From contig JAZSLJ010000007.1 of assembly GCA_045535305.1 (NCBI GenBank), forward strand, positions 5,440 through 69,439: a stretch of DNA of 64,000 nt, in the 5' to 3' direction. The position numbers and the translations under genes were made by a program. Shown in pieces: positions 39,001-47,971 of the stretch (its first letter is position 1; each line of letters starts with the position of its first letter). The DNA comes from Acutalibacteraceae bacterium. Its GTDB lineage: Bacteria > Bacillota > Clostridia > Oscillospirales > Acutalibacteraceae. The notes beneath the pieces are model-generated. The model saw only the letters and a program-made list of their open reading frames with translations. It did no database searches and had not been told where the DNA came from.

Positions 39001-39709
39001 ACTTAACGCTGTCGATTGTGGTTAAGAATGTTGTATGACGGCAATGATCTGACCAGTATGTATCAATCATTCTGATTTCCGTAATAGTGGGTGTCTTGTT
39101 TTCGGACTTGAAATAATCCTGACAGAATTTAATATCGTCAGCATCCATAGCAAGAGCGTAATTCTTAACAAACTGTGCAAGACCGTTTTCATCAAGGTCA
39201 TTAAAGCCTTCAAGCACAGCTACGCTGTCGGGTACTGTGTACTCTGCCTTGAGAGTATCGAAAGTATCCATTGTTGCTTCACGGCTCTCAACAGGGTTGA
39301 TAACATACTTTTTAACAGCTTCAATTTCTGATGCGGACATATCGCCCTTCATAACATAAACTCTCGCAGTTCTTACAAGAGGTCTTTCGCCCTGTGAAAT
39401 AATCTGTATACACTGAGCGGCGGAGTCTGCACGCTGGTCAAACTGACCGGGAAGATACTCAACTGCAAATACAATATCACCCTCATCAGCTTTAAGCTCG
39501 TCTGTTACGATGTCAAGCTGAGGCTCGGAGAAAACCGTTTTAACGGAGTAATCAAACAAATCCTTGTCGATATTTTCAACATCATAACGGTTAAGAAGTC
39601 TTAATTCTTTAAGAGAAGAAATACCGAGAAGTGTAATCAAATCGTTTTTAAGAGAATGAGCCTCGTGGGCAAGTTCTTCTTTTTTTTCTACAAATATTCT
39701 GTATACCAT
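36017..39709 (-). CDS. purL: phosphoribosylformylglycinamidine synthase, single-chain form
   Basis: 1230 aa with PurS-like N-terminus, FGAM synthase core (ETHNHPT..) and C-terminal glutaminase (GICNGFQ). Confidence 0.95.
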   Translation of the reverse strand: MVYRIFVEKKEELAHEAHSLKNDLITLLGISSLKELRLLNRYDVENIDKDLFDYSVKTVFSEPQLDIVTDELKADEGDIVFAVEYLPGQFDQRADSAAQCIQIISQGERPLVRTARVYVMKGDMSASEIEAVKKYVINPVESREATMDTFDTLKAEYTVPDSVAVLEGFNDLDENGLAQFVKNYALAMDADDIKFCQDYFKSENKTPTITEIRMIDTYWSDHCRHTTFLTTIDSVKFEEPLLQKAYDEYIAARHEIGRTKPINLMDIATVGTRYLKAKGKLPRIDESEEINACTVKIKVNVEGEEQDWLLLFKNETHNHPTEIEPFGGAATCIGGAIRDPLSGRSYVYAAMRVTGAGDPLVPVKDTIKGKLPQRKIVTTAAAGYSSYGNQIGLATGQVDEIYHSGYVAKRMEIGAVIAAAPAENVRRECPDPGDIVILLGGRTGRDGCGGATGSSKSHTLESLESCGAEVQKGNAPEERKLQRLFRNAEASRLIKRCNDFGAGGVSVAIGELADGLEIDLNAVPKKYEGLDGTELAISESQERMAVVVEAKDVARFVELANSENLEATVVAKVKAEPRLTMTWNGKVIVDLSREFLNSNGAQKHIDIRPEKFKSYDKGAVTDFDSAYKALAGDLNVCSKRGLSERFDSTIGAGTVLMPFGGKNQLTPIQAMVNKVSVEKQHTDTCSYMSWGYNPFIMEKSPYHGAYLAVVESVAKLVATGAKFEDVYLTFQEYFEKPEKSPARWGQPLSALLGAFKAQMDYEIASIGGKDSMSGTFEDIDVPPTLVSFAVTTGNVNEVVSPEFKGAGHKVVILKPECDENGLPVAASEKALFDEVYGYMSKGIVEACYTPTYGGVAEAVMKMCFGNGIGFEYNDAVELDDIFGYNYGAFILELNTEDEIGTLLGYTTLEETIKYANTEIELASLLEIYENKLEPIYSCNIKQDNKEIPAFSYNAETRVAPAIKTAKPKVLIPVFPGTNCEFDTAKALMTAGADPEIFVIKNLSAQAIAESVDAFASKVKDSQIIFIPGGFSGGDEPDGAGKFITAFFRNAAIKEQVHELLKNRDGLMAGICNGFQALIKLGLVPYGEIIDTDASCPTLTYNTIGRHQSRLVRTRIASNKSPWLMETNVGDVYTVPISHGEGRFLCSDDLVKELAANGQIATQYVDLNGNPTTDIHFNPNNSVCAIEGITSPDGRVLGKMGHSERIGNGLYKNVDGDFNIGMFTSAVKYFK

Positions 39710-40977
39710 TAATTTTCACCTGCTTTTAATGCTTTTGCGCCGATATCGTGGCGGTAAAATGCGTTGCCGAAATGCACCTTTTCTACTGCCTTGTATGATT
39801 TATCAATAGCTTCTTTAAGTGTTGCAGCTGTGGCTGTTACGCCCAATACTCTGCCGCCGTTTGTAAGAAGTTTGCCGTTTTCTGCCTTTGCACCTGCTAC
39901 AAAAACCTCACCGTCAATATCTGCATCAACTGTGATTTCATAGCCTTTTTCGTATTTAACGGGATAACCCTCAGATGCCATAATTACACAGCAGGCATTT
40001 TCTGACTTGAATTTAACATCAATTTCAGAAAGCTTTTCATCTGCAACAGCTTCCATAATTGTGTAAAGGTCAGTATCAAGCAAAGGAAGAACAACCTGTG
40101 TTTCGGGGTCGCCGAAACGGCAGTTATACTCAATAACCTTTGTGCCGTTGGGAGTTATCATAAGACCGAAGTAAAGACAGCCCTTGAAGGTTCTGCCTTC
40201 GGCATTCATAGCGTTCATTGTGGGAATGAAGATTTTTTCCATACATTCTGCAGCAACAGCATTTGTATAGTAGGGGTTGGGAGCAACTGTACCCATACCG
40301 CCTGTATTAAGACCTTCGTCATTATCCTTTGCGCGCTTGTGGTCCATTGATGAAACCATGGGAACAACTGTTTTTCCGTCTGTGAATGAAAGCACGGAAA
40401 CCTCAGGGCCTGTAAGGAATTCTTCAATAACGATATTGCTTCCGCTTTCACCAAAAACCTTATCTTCCATCATTTCCTTAACTGCTTTTTTAGCGTCTTC
40501 CCTTGTCTGTGCGATAATTACGCCTTTACCCAGTGCAAGACCGTCAGCCTTAATAACCGTGGGAACGGGAGCTGTATCAAGGTATTCGAGAGCCTTGTCA
40601 ATATCGGAAAATACCTCATATTCCGCTGTGGGAATACCGTATTTCTTCATAAGGTTCTTTGAAAATACCTTACTGCCCTCGATTATAGCCGCATTTTTAC
40701 TCGGACCGAAGCATTTGATGCCGATTTCGTTAAGAGCATCAACACAACCGAGTACAAGAGGGTCGTCGGGAGCAACAACAGCAAAATCAATGCTGTTATT
40801 CTTTGCAAAATCGACGATTCCCGCAATATCCGTTGCACCGATATTAACACACTGAGCATCTGCGGCAATTCCGCCGTTACCGGGGAGTGCATAAATCTTT
40901 TCGATAGATTTGTTTTCTTTTAACTTTTTTATAATGGCGTGTTCTCTGCCGCCGCCACCTACAACTAAAATCGTCAT
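39709..40977 (-). CDS. purD: phosphoribosylamine-glycine ligase
   Basis: MTILVVGGGGREHA.. with an ATP-grasp domain. Its stop overlaps the purL start (TAATG). Confidence 0.95.
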   Translation of the reverse strand: MTILVVGGGGREHAIIKKLKENKSIEKIYALPGNGGIAADAQCVNIGATDIAGIVDFAKNNSIDFAVVAPDDPLVLGCVDALNEIGIKCFGPSKNAAIIEGSKVFSKNLMKKYGIPTAEYEVFSDIDKALEYLDTAPVPTVIKADGLALGKGVIIAQTREDAKKAVKEMMEDKVFGESGSNIVIEEFLTGPEVSVLSFTDGKTVVPMVSSMDHKRAKDNDEGLNTGGMGTVAPNPYYTNAVAAECMEKIFIPTMNAMNAEGRTFKGCLYFGLMITPNGTKVIEYNCRFGDPETQVVLPLLDTDLYTIMEAVADEKLSEIDVKFKSENACCVIMASEGYPVKYEKGYEITVDADIDGEVFVAGAKAENGKLLTNGGRVLGVTATAATLKEAIDKSYKAVEKVHFGNAFYRHDIGAKALKAGEN

Positions 40978-41001
40978 ATATTTGTACCTTTCAATAACAA
41001 A

Positions 41002-42186
41002 TTAATGGTGGAAAAGTCTCATACCTGTAAAGCACATAGCGATGCCGTACTTGTTACAGGTTTCGATAACCTGATCATCTCTGATTGAACCGCCGGGCTC
41101 TGCGATATAAGAAACGCCGCTTCTTCTTGCTCTCTCGATGTTATCGCCGAAGGGGAAGAATGCATCTGAACCCAGTGCAACACCTGTGATAGAATCAAGA
41201 TAAGCTCTCTTTTCAGCCTTTGTGAACTCTGCGGGCTGCTCAGTAAAGTAAAGCTGCCAGTTACCGTCTGCAAGTACGTCCTCGCTGTCATCAGAAATGT
41301 AAACATCAATGCAGTTATCTCTGTCGGGTCTGCCGAGTTCGGGTTTAAAGGGAAGATTAAGCACCTTTTCGTGCTGACGGAGATGCCAGTTATCTGCCTT
41401 CTGACCTGCAAGTCTTGTACAATGGATTCTTGACTGCTGACCTGCACCTACGCCGATAGCCTGTCCCTGATATGCGTAGCAAACAGAGTTTGACTGTGTA
41501 TATTTAAGAGTGATAAGAGAAATAATAAGGTCTCTCTTAGCTTCTTCGGGAATTTCTGTGTTCTCTGTAACAACCTTTGTAAGAAGCTCGCTGTCGATTT
41601 TAAAATTATTTCTGCCCTGTTCAAAGGTAATGCCGTAAACCTGCTTTACCTCCTGCTCCATAGGAACATAATCAGCATCAATTTTAACTATATTGTAGTT
41701 GCCCTTTCTCTTCTGTTTAAGAATTTCAAGTGCTTCAGGCTCATAACCGGGAGCGATAACACCGTCGGAAACCTCTCTCTTTATAAGAAGAGCTGTTGTA
41801 ACATCACATACGTCTGAAAGCGCAATCCAGTCGCCGAATGATGACATTCTGTCTGTTCCTCTTGCTCTTGCGTAAGCACATGCAAGGGGTGATTCGTCAA
41901 GACCTTCAATATCATCAACAAAGCAAGCCTTTTTGAGTGCATCGGAAAGAGGTGTGCCGACAGCAGCGGATGTGGGGCTTACGTGCTTGAAGGATGTTGC
42001 ACAAGGCATACCTGTTGCAGCCATAAGCTCCTTTACAAGCTGCCATGAGTTGAATGCATCAAGGAAATTGATATAACCGGGACGTCCGCAGAGAATTTCT
42101 ATGGGAAGCTCGCTGCCGTCGCTCATATATATTTTTGCAGGCTTCTGGTTGGGGTTACAGCCATATTTAAGTTCAAATTCTTTCAC
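41002..42186 (-). CDS. purH: AICAR formyltransferase (PurH transformylase domain only)
   Basis: 394 aa matching the AICARFT half of PurH (LKYGCNPNQ..; ..FTGMRLFHH C-terminus). It lacks the MGS-like cyclohydrolase domain. Confidence 0.85.
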   Translation of the reverse strand: MKEFELKYGCNPNQKPAKIYMSDGSELPIEILCGRPGYINFLDAFNSWQLVKELMAATGMPCATSFKHVSPTSAAVGTPLSDALKKACFVDDIEGLDESPLACAYARARGTDRMSSFGDWIALSDVCDVTTALLIKREVSDGVIAPGYEPEALEILKQKRKGNYNIVKIDADYVPMEQEVKQVYGITFEQGRNNFKIDSELLTKVVTENTEIPEEAKRDLIISLITLKYTQSNSVCYAYQGQAIGVGAGQQSRIHCTRLAGQKADNWHLRQHEKVLNLPFKPELGRPDRDNCIDVYISDDSEDVLADGNWQLYFTEQPAEFTKAEKRAYLDSITGVALGSDAFFPFGDNIERARRSGVSYIAEPGGSIRDDQVIETCNKYGIAMCFTGMRLFHH

Positions 42187-42201
42187 AATAATACCCTCCG
42201 A

Positions 42202-42918
42202 TTATTTGTTTTTATTAACGATTCTTGTTTCTGTTTCGCCGGAATCAATATCAATATATCTTACGAAAAGTGAAACCTTGTTATCTTCATTGAGATTTGT
42301 CCAGATAAGGTCTGTAAGCTCATCAATGCTTACGTCGGGCAATTCAAGAGTTTTGGGTTCACCCTCAAATGAAGGAAGAGGATTGCCGTCGCAGTTGTAA
42401 GTGTGAATAAACTTAGCTCTGCCGCAGATAGGATTGGAATATGCATATGTAAATCTCTCGCAGGATGAATCATCACCCTCTGCGCTCTTGAGAATTGACA
42501 TCGCAAAGTTCATACCGTCATTTTCGCGGCGGATAATACCGGAAATTCGGGGAGTGAAATTGGGCTTGTCGTCCTCAAACTCTCTTGTGCGAAGAGCCTG
42601 TTCAAATGTCATCTGCTTATCCATAAGCTCGTAGATTGTGTCTGTCTGGTCGCCGTTTGTAACGATTGTTTTATTGCCCAATACTCTGACGGGATAATAG
42701 ATGATAAGATGAGGATCGGTCATTTTTGACTCGTCAAATGCCTTTGTACGCATAGCCTCACCCTCAGCTACAAATACGCGGTTACGGCTGTTTTCGCTTC
42801 TGCCCATAATGAAATATGCGGTTACAGCCTTTTTGCCGTCTGCGCTTTTGCCTATAATAATACCTCTGCCGTGATAAGCAAGAGAATTAAGTTCATTAGC
42901 AATAGTAGAAACTTTCAT
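42202..42918 (-). CDS. purO: IMP cyclohydrolase, PurO (archaeal) type
   Basis: YHGRGIIIGKS..AYFIMGRSENSRNRVF signature of the PurO family. Confidence 0.8.
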   Translation of the reverse strand: MKVSTIANELNSLAYHGRGIIIGKSADGKKAVTAYFIMGRSENSRNRVFVAEGEAMRTKAFDESKMTDPHLIIYYPVRVLGNKTIVTNGDQTDTIYELMDKQMTFEQALRTREFEDDKPNFTPRISGIIRRENDGMNFAMSILKSAEGDDSSCERFTYAYSNPICGRAKFIHTYNCDGNPLPSFEGEPKTLELPDVSIDELTDLIWTNLNEDNKVSLFVRYIDIDSGETETRIVNKNK

Positions 42919-42919
42919 A

Positions 42920-43555
42920 TCAGTTCTCCTTAATATATACTTTGTTATCTTTAACTTCTAATTTGTCCTCGCAGAAAAGCTTTACAGCTTCGGGAAGAAT
43001 CTTCCACTCAACCTGCTCCATAATTCTTTTCTGGAGTGTTTCGGGGGTATCGTCCTGCATAACCTCAACTGCTTTTTGCAGAATAATGGGGCCTGCATCG
43101 CATTCGGGAGTTACGAAATGAACCGTTGCACCCGAAATCTTAACGCCTTTTTCAAGTGCGGCTTCGTGAACGTGGAGTCCGTAATAGCCTTTGCCGCAGA
43201 ATGAGGGAATCAATGCGGGATGAATATTGATAATCGCATTGGGATAAGCCTCATAAACCTGCTCGTCAATAATGGTAAGAAAGCCTGCAAGCACCACAAG
43301 GTCAATATCTGCATTTTTAAGCGTATCAACAAGTGCTTTTGAGTATGAAGCTATATCGGCATAGTCTTTTCTGCAAAGAACAACGGATTCAATACCGTTG
43401 TTTGCGGCTCTTTCAAGAGCATAAACACCGGGTTTTGACGCAACAACAAGAGTTATCTTACTGCCGCCGAACATACCGCTTTTCTGTGAATCAATAAGGC
43501 TTTGCAGATTTGTGCCGCCACCTGAAACAAGGACTGCAATTTTCTTATCAGACAA
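42920..43555 (-). CDS. purN: phosphoribosylglycinamide formyltransferase
   Basis: [29 protein letters not shown]....D.GPI. Confidence 0.9.
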   Translation of the reverse strand: MSDKKIAVLVSGGGTNLQSLIDSQKSGMFGGSKITLVVASKPGVYALERAANNGIESVVLCRKDYADIASYSKALVDTLKNADIDLVVLAGFLTIIDEQVYEAYPNAIINIHPALIPSFCGKGYYGLHVHEAALEKGVKISGATVHFVTPECDAGPIILQKAVEVMQDDTPETLQKRIMEQVEWKILPEAVKLFCEDKLEVKDNKVYIKEN

Positions 43556-44585
43556 TTACAACACCCTCTTCGGACTTGATAACCTCACCGATAACGTATG
43601 CATCCTCGCCGTTTGCCTTAAGCACTTCAATAGCCTTGTCAGCATCCTCTTTAGCAACGATAACGCTCATACCTACGCCCATATTATATGTGTTGAACAT
43701 ATCTCTTTCGGGAATGTTGCCTGTTTTTGCAATAAGGTCGAAAATGGGAAGAATTCTGATAGAAGACTTATCAATCTTTGCGCCGTAGCCTTCGGGAATT
43801 GTTCTGGGAATATTCTCATAGAAGCCGCCGCCTGTGATGTGTGATACACCCTTTACTTTAACTTCTTCAAAGAGTGCGAGCATAGGCTTAACATAAATCT
43901 TTGTGGGAGTGAGGAGTGTTTCACCTACTGACTTACCGCCAAGCTCCTCACGGGGAGTTTTTATGTCTGCATTTTCAACATCAAAAACCTTTCTTACAAG
44001 TGAAAAACCGTTTGAATGAACACCGCTTGAGGGAAGGGCAATAATAACGTCGCCCTCTGTGATTGATGATGTATCAACAATCTTGTCTTTATCAACAACA
44101 CCTACGGAGAAGCCTGCAAGGTCGTATTCGTCAACAGGATAGAAACCGGGCATTTCTGCTGTTTCACCGCCGATAAGAGATGCACCTGCCTGAACACAGC
44201 CCTCTGCAACACCTGCAACGATGTCTGCAATTCTTTCGGGAACGTTTTTGCCGCAAGCGATGTAATCAAGGAAAAGAAGGGGTTTTGCACCGCAGCAGAT
44301 AATATCGTTAACACACATTGCAACACAGTCAATACCTACTGTATCGTGCTTGTCCATAATAAATGCAAGTTTGAGCTTTGTGCCTACACCGTCTGTACCG
44401 CCAACGAGAACAGGCTTTGTTATACCTGTAAGATCAAGGCTGAACAGACCGCCGAAGCCGCCGATATCGGAAACCTCATTACCTGTCATTGTTCTTGCAA
44501 TGTGCTGTTTCATAAGCTCAACAGCTTTGTAGCCGGCAGTAATATCTACGCCTGCTTCTTTGTAACTTTCACTAAAACTTTTCAT
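43548..44585 (-). CDS. purM: phosphoribosylformylglycinamidine cyclo-ligase (AIR synthetase)
   Basis: [26 protein letters not shown].. Confidence 0.95.
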   Translation of the reverse strand: MKSFSESYKEAGVDITAGYKAVELMKQHIARTMTGNEVSDIGGFGGLFSLDLTGITKPVLVGGTDGVGTKLKLAFIMDKHDTVGIDCVAMCVNDIICCGAKPLLFLDYIACGKNVPERIADIVAGVAEGCVQAGASLIGGETAEMPGFYPVDEYDLAGFSVGVVDKDKIVDTSSITEGDVIIALPSSGVHSNGFSLVRKVFDVENADIKTPREELGGKSVGETLLTPTKIYVKPMLALFEEVKVKGVSHITGGGFYENIPRTIPEGYGAKIDKSSIRILPIFDLIAKTGNIPERDMFNTYNMGVGMSVIVAKEDADKAIEVLKANGEDAYVIGEVIKSEEGVVIV

Positions 44586-44668
44586 TATGTTTATCCTCCT
44601 GTAAGGAATTTTTTATTATTTAAAAATACGAAATGGGGCAAAGCGTACCTTGTCCCTGTTTCCGTAAA

Positions 44669-45163
44669 TTATGCATTATATTTTTCTTCGATTGCTTTAT
44701 TTTTAGCAAGCACTTTTTCACTGCCTGCTTTTCTTGCATCATTGAGCTTGTCTGCAAGCTCTTTATCCTCAATAGCGAGCATCTGAATTGCAAGCAGAGC
44801 AGCATTAGCCGCACCGTTTACTGCAACGGTTGCAACGGGAATACCTGTAGGCATCATAACGGTTGAAAGAAGTGCATCCATACCGTCAAGATATTTAGCC
44901 GCAACGGGAATACCGATAACGGGCAGAGTTGTGTTTGCCGCAATCGCACCTGCAAGATGAGCAGCCATACCTGCGGCTGCAATTATTGCGCCGAAGCCGT
45001 TTGTTCTTGCGTTTTCGGAAAATTCCTTAGCTTCAACAGGTGTTCTGTGGGCTGAGTAAACATGAACCTCAAAGGGAACGCCGTACTCCTTAAGAGTGTC
45101 AATAGCTTTTTCAACAACGGGCAAATCGCTGTCGCTGCCCATAATAATTGCAACTTTTTTCAT
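44669..45163 (-). CDS. purE: 5-(carboxyamino)imidazole ribonucleotide mutase
   Basis: [13 protein letters not shown]...SAHRTP...[12 protein letters not shown]. Confidence 0.95.
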   Translation of the reverse strand: MKKVAIIMGSDSDLPVVEKAIDTLKEYGVPFEVHVYSAHRTPVEAKEFSENARTNGFGAIIAAAGMAAHLAGAIAANTTLPVIGIPVAAKYLDGMDALLSTVMMPTGIPVATVAVNGAANAALLAIQMLAIEDKELADKLNDARKAGSEKVLAKNKAIEEKYNA

Positions 45164-45193
45164 AAAAAAACCTCTTTCCGTAATGACTTATAT

Positions 45194-45300
45194 TAAAAAA
45201 AGGCAGTCCTGTACTGTAAGGACTGCCCAGACGGTCGGCTTAAAATATTTCTGCTCCCTGCGGTCAATTCCGCTTATCCGTCAGTAACAGAAATCCACAG
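45194..45300 (-). promoter_or_regulatory. ZTP (pfl-motif) riboswitch with expression-platform terminator
   Basis: Minus-strand RNA reads ..ACUGACGG-AUAA-GCGG-AAUUGA-CCGC-AGGGAGC..(linker)..CCGACCGUCUGGGCA. CCGUC is complementary to GACGG (pseudoknot helix). CUGGGCAGUCC is shared with the terminator GGCAGUCC-UUACAGUACA-GGACUGCC plus U7 (45194-45227). Confidence 0.75.
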
Positions 45301-45304
45301 AAAG

Positions 45305-45333
45305 ATTATAACATCTGACAAAAATAAAGTCAA
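45305..45333 (-). promoter_or_regulatory. pur operon promoter
   Basis: TTGACT-17 nt-TATAAT on the minus strand, directly upstream of the riboswitch. Confidence 0.6.
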
Positions 45334-45385
45334 TATTTTATAAAATAAAATATATATATAAATAAAGAGCAATTTGGTTAGAATG

Positions 45386-46591
45386 TTACAAAAAATCCTT
45401 GCCGTTAAGATAACGCCATGCGGCTATATATTTTACTGCAGAAGAATGTGCCGGACTTTCAATATCAAAATAATGTTCATCGTCAATTATAACAACCGCA
45501 TCGGGTGATGATGTCCATACTCTTTTGACTTTGTGTATGGGCATTTCAACACTTTCAGTTTCATTGAGAACAACAACAAATTTATCATTAAAAAGCTTTA
45601 ATGCGGCATTTTCGGAAAGGAGTGTTTTACTGTCTTTCTGAACGGACAGAACTTTCATACCCGATTCTTCAAAGATAACTTCTCCGTTTTCGGCAGAAAG
45701 CACCTTTTCTTTCCATACATTCTTTTGCCATTTATCCCATGAGAGAACATTATCAAAAACAACGTTTTTCTCATTATGGAAGAATGCATCTTTTCCGTAT
45801 TCAACCGAATAACCGCATTGTGCACATTCAAACATATCGCCCTTGCTGTGAAGATGACCTACGGTTTTACATTCGGGACAGACGTAAAGTATACGCTCCA
45901 GATATTCAGCCATATTTTCACCCGTATAAATTGCGGGATTATGACGCTGATATTCAAAAGCATTAACATAAGTGTCTCTGCGGATGATTTCATTCACCTC
46001 ATCAACAGTCATTTTTGCAATTTCTTCAGGCGGATATTCGTGCACCACCCCGCATCTGAGAGTGCCTTTTTTCTTTTTTTCAGACCACCTTGCAGTAAGA
46101 AGATAGCCGTTATCAAAACGGAATGTAATAAGTGCAACACCCGAATCCTTAACCATTTTACCTGTATTTTCGGAAATAAAGCCCGTTTCTCCGTTGAAGC
46201 TTGTGTTGCCCTCTGCAAATATTGCAACGGGCACACCTGACCTTAATGAGCCGAGAATATCATTTACAAGCACTTCGGGGGCTTTATCCCTGCGTTTTAC
46301 GATTATTCCGCACAAAGCTTTTAAAACAAATCCAAGAAAGCCCATTCTTGCAACGTGATCACTTGCAACAAAGCGTACATATCTGTTTTTTAAAGCAAAT
46401 ACTATGTATGCAGGGTCAATAGAGCTTGTGTGATTGGCTATAAGTATAAAATTCTTATGCTTGGGAGTGTAGTAATTTGGCTTAAAATCAAGGATTTTGC
46501 GTGCGGGAAGATGCAAAATCAATGCAAGTGTTTCAATAAGTATTTTATTAAAAATATAACCTTTTCGCATATTTTTACCGTTCCGCTTCAT
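45386..46591 (-). CDS. PlsC-type acyltransferase with C-terminal zinc-ribbon domain (paralog of 4596..5798)
   Basis: NHTSSIDP, FAEGNTS and CPECK..CAQCG motifs. It is collinear with the other copy over the full length. The ATG at 46591 is 7 nt after an AGGAGA SD. Confidence 0.8.
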   Translation of the reverse strand: MKRNGKNMRKGYIFNKILIETLALILHLPARKILDFKPNYYTPKHKNFILIANHTSSIDPAYIVFALKNRYVRFVASDHVARMGFLGFVLKALCGIIVKRRDKAPEVLVNDILGSLRSGVPVAIFAEGNTSFNGETGFISENTGKMVKDSGVALITFRFDNGYLLTARWSEKKKKGTLRCGVVHEYPPEEIAKMTVDEVNEIIRRDTYVNAFEYQRHNPAIYTGENMAEYLERILYVCPECKTVGHLHSKGDMFECAQCGYSVEYGKDAFFHNEKNVVFDNVLSWDKWQKNVWKEKVLSAENGEVIFEESGMKVLSVQKDSKTLLSENAALKLFNDKFVVVLNETESVEMPIHKVKRVWTSSPDAVVIIDDEHYFDIESPAHSSAVKYIAAWRYLNGKDFL

Positions 46592-46736
46592 ATACACTCT
46601 CCTTTCGTAACAAGCATATCGTTTAAATTATACAATAGAATTAAGCATTTATCAACAGAAAAATCCGGACATTTTACAATAATTTGCCCGGATTTTATAA
46701 TTTATAATTTTAATGAATCACAAAAGTTTTATTTAA

Positions 46737-47819
46737 TTATTTTTTATTTGTATCAAGAAAACCGTTCTGCTGCATAAATGTCATCATACCCACCATTGTA
46801 ATATCGTTCGTACGACCCTTAACGGTACACATACCTGCAGGAATATCATAAGAAAGCACTTTGATATATGCAATATCGTTATTCATATTACCTTCTGCAT
46901 CCTTTGTGCAAAGAGCTTTGATGTTATCGTTTTTATCTGCAAAGAAGCAAAGTGCTGTTCCATTCTCGGAAATAAAGCTGTATACTGTATATTCAACGCC
47001 GCCGAGAGTTTCTTTACCTGAAGTTATTTCTTTATAATCTTCTTTTTTGCCGAAATTATAGTTTGCAAGCATATTTGATGTATCAAAGCCGTCGGCAATT
47101 TCGGAATCAGCATCAAACTTGTAATAATATTTTGTTGTGCCGAAAAGTCCTTTTACATCGTATTTAAGGTAAATATCACCCTTGTTTATATAAACAGCCA
47201 TTTCCATACCGTCAATAGAAGCTACAAACTCAACGTCTTCACCGTTTGCAGCAATTCCGCCTGTTGCACCGTCGCCCTCAAGCTCCATATAGTAATGATT
47301 CTCAAACAAGCCGTCGATTGCCTTGGGATAAGAAACTTTATTGCCCTGAGTTGTAGTTTCGGGTGCCTGAGTTGTAGTCTCAGGAGCTTCTGTTGTAGTC
47401 TCGGGAGCTTCTGTTGTAGTCTCGGGAGCTTCTGTTGTAGTCTCAGGAGCTTCTGTTGTAGTCTCGGGTGCTTCTGTTGTGGTCTCGGGAGCTTCTGTTG
47501 TAGTTTCTTCCTCAATCACGATATTGGGGTCGTCAAACTGTTCAAGAGCCGCAGAAACTCTCAATATAGTACGTGCATCACCTGCAAGAATATCTCCGCT
47601 TTCGTCAACGTCAGCGGCAATAAGTGCATCACCCTCAAGCACTTCCAATGTTGCGGCAGCTCTTAATGCAAGACGGGCATCATCTGCCGTAATCTTACCG
47701 TCCCCGTTTACGTCGCCGCGCATTATTGTTTTTGCGCTTACATTAACCAATGTACAGCATACAAGCATTACTGCTGAAATGATTAAACATAACGCTCTTT
47801 TAGAATTCAAATGTTTCAT
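46737..47819 (-). CDS. secreted dockerin-containing protein with TTEAPET linker repeats and an unknown C-terminal domain
   Basis: Signal peptide, then duplicated dockerin Ca-loops (GDVNGDGKITADDARLALR and DVDESGDILAGDARTILR), then 8 x ETTT(E/Q)AP. Confidence 0.75.
   Translation of the reverse strand: MKHLNSKRALCLIISAVMLVCCTLVNVSAKTIMRGDVNGDGKITADDARLALRAAATLEVLEGDALIAADVDESGDILAGDARTILRVSAALEQFDDPNIVIEEETTTEAPETTTEAPETTTEAPETTTEAPETTTEAPETTTEAPETTTQAPETTTQGNKVSYPKAIDGLFENHYYMELEGDGATGGIAANGEDVEFVASIDGMEMAVYINKGDIYLKYDVKGLFGTTKYYYKFDADSEIADGFDTSNMLANYNFGKKEDYKEITSGKETLGGVEYTVYSFISENGTALCFFADKNDNIKALCTKDAEGNMNNDIAYIKVLSYDIPAGMCTVKGRTNDITMVGMMTFMQQNGFLDTNKK
47345..47512. repeat. 8 tandem 21-bp repeats (coding, ETTTEAP linker)
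   Basis: CTTCTGTTGTAGTCTCGGGAG-like unit repeated head to tail with few substitutions. It also generates spurious ORFs in other frames. Confidence 0.9.
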
Positions 47820-47922
47820 AAAAAAATACCTCACTTTTAATATGTATATCAATAATTATACATAAATCCAACCGATATTGCAACATATATTAACATTTTA
47901 TTTCAGGAATATTAAGGATTTT

Positions 47923-47951
47923 ATTGAAAATTCTGCAATTTGATAATATAA
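47923..47951 (+). promoter_or_regulatory. promoter of the sugar-phosphate isomerase gene
   Basis: TTGAAA-17 nt-TATAAT. Confidence 0.55.
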
Positions 47952-47971
47952 TAATTCCGGAGGTGAAAATT

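Noticed and set aside
44586-44668. Possible internal attenuator between purE and purM
   Set aside because: Only a weak 7-bp stem appears on the non-transcribed (plus) strand. On the mRNA strand it is interrupted by an A-C mismatch and lacks a U-run. It is probably just an intercistronic spacer with a GGAGG SD.
45194-45300. Guanine/adenine (purine) riboswitch upstream of purE
   Set aside because: The leader lacks the purine-aptamer three-way-junction signature. It fits the ZTP/pfl two-subdomain pattern instead.
47222-47666. ORFs 47222..47515(-) and 47295..47666(+) with repetitive LQQK / SFCCSLG translations
   Set aside because: These are alternative-frame readings of the 21-bp tandem repeat inside the dockerin-protein gene.
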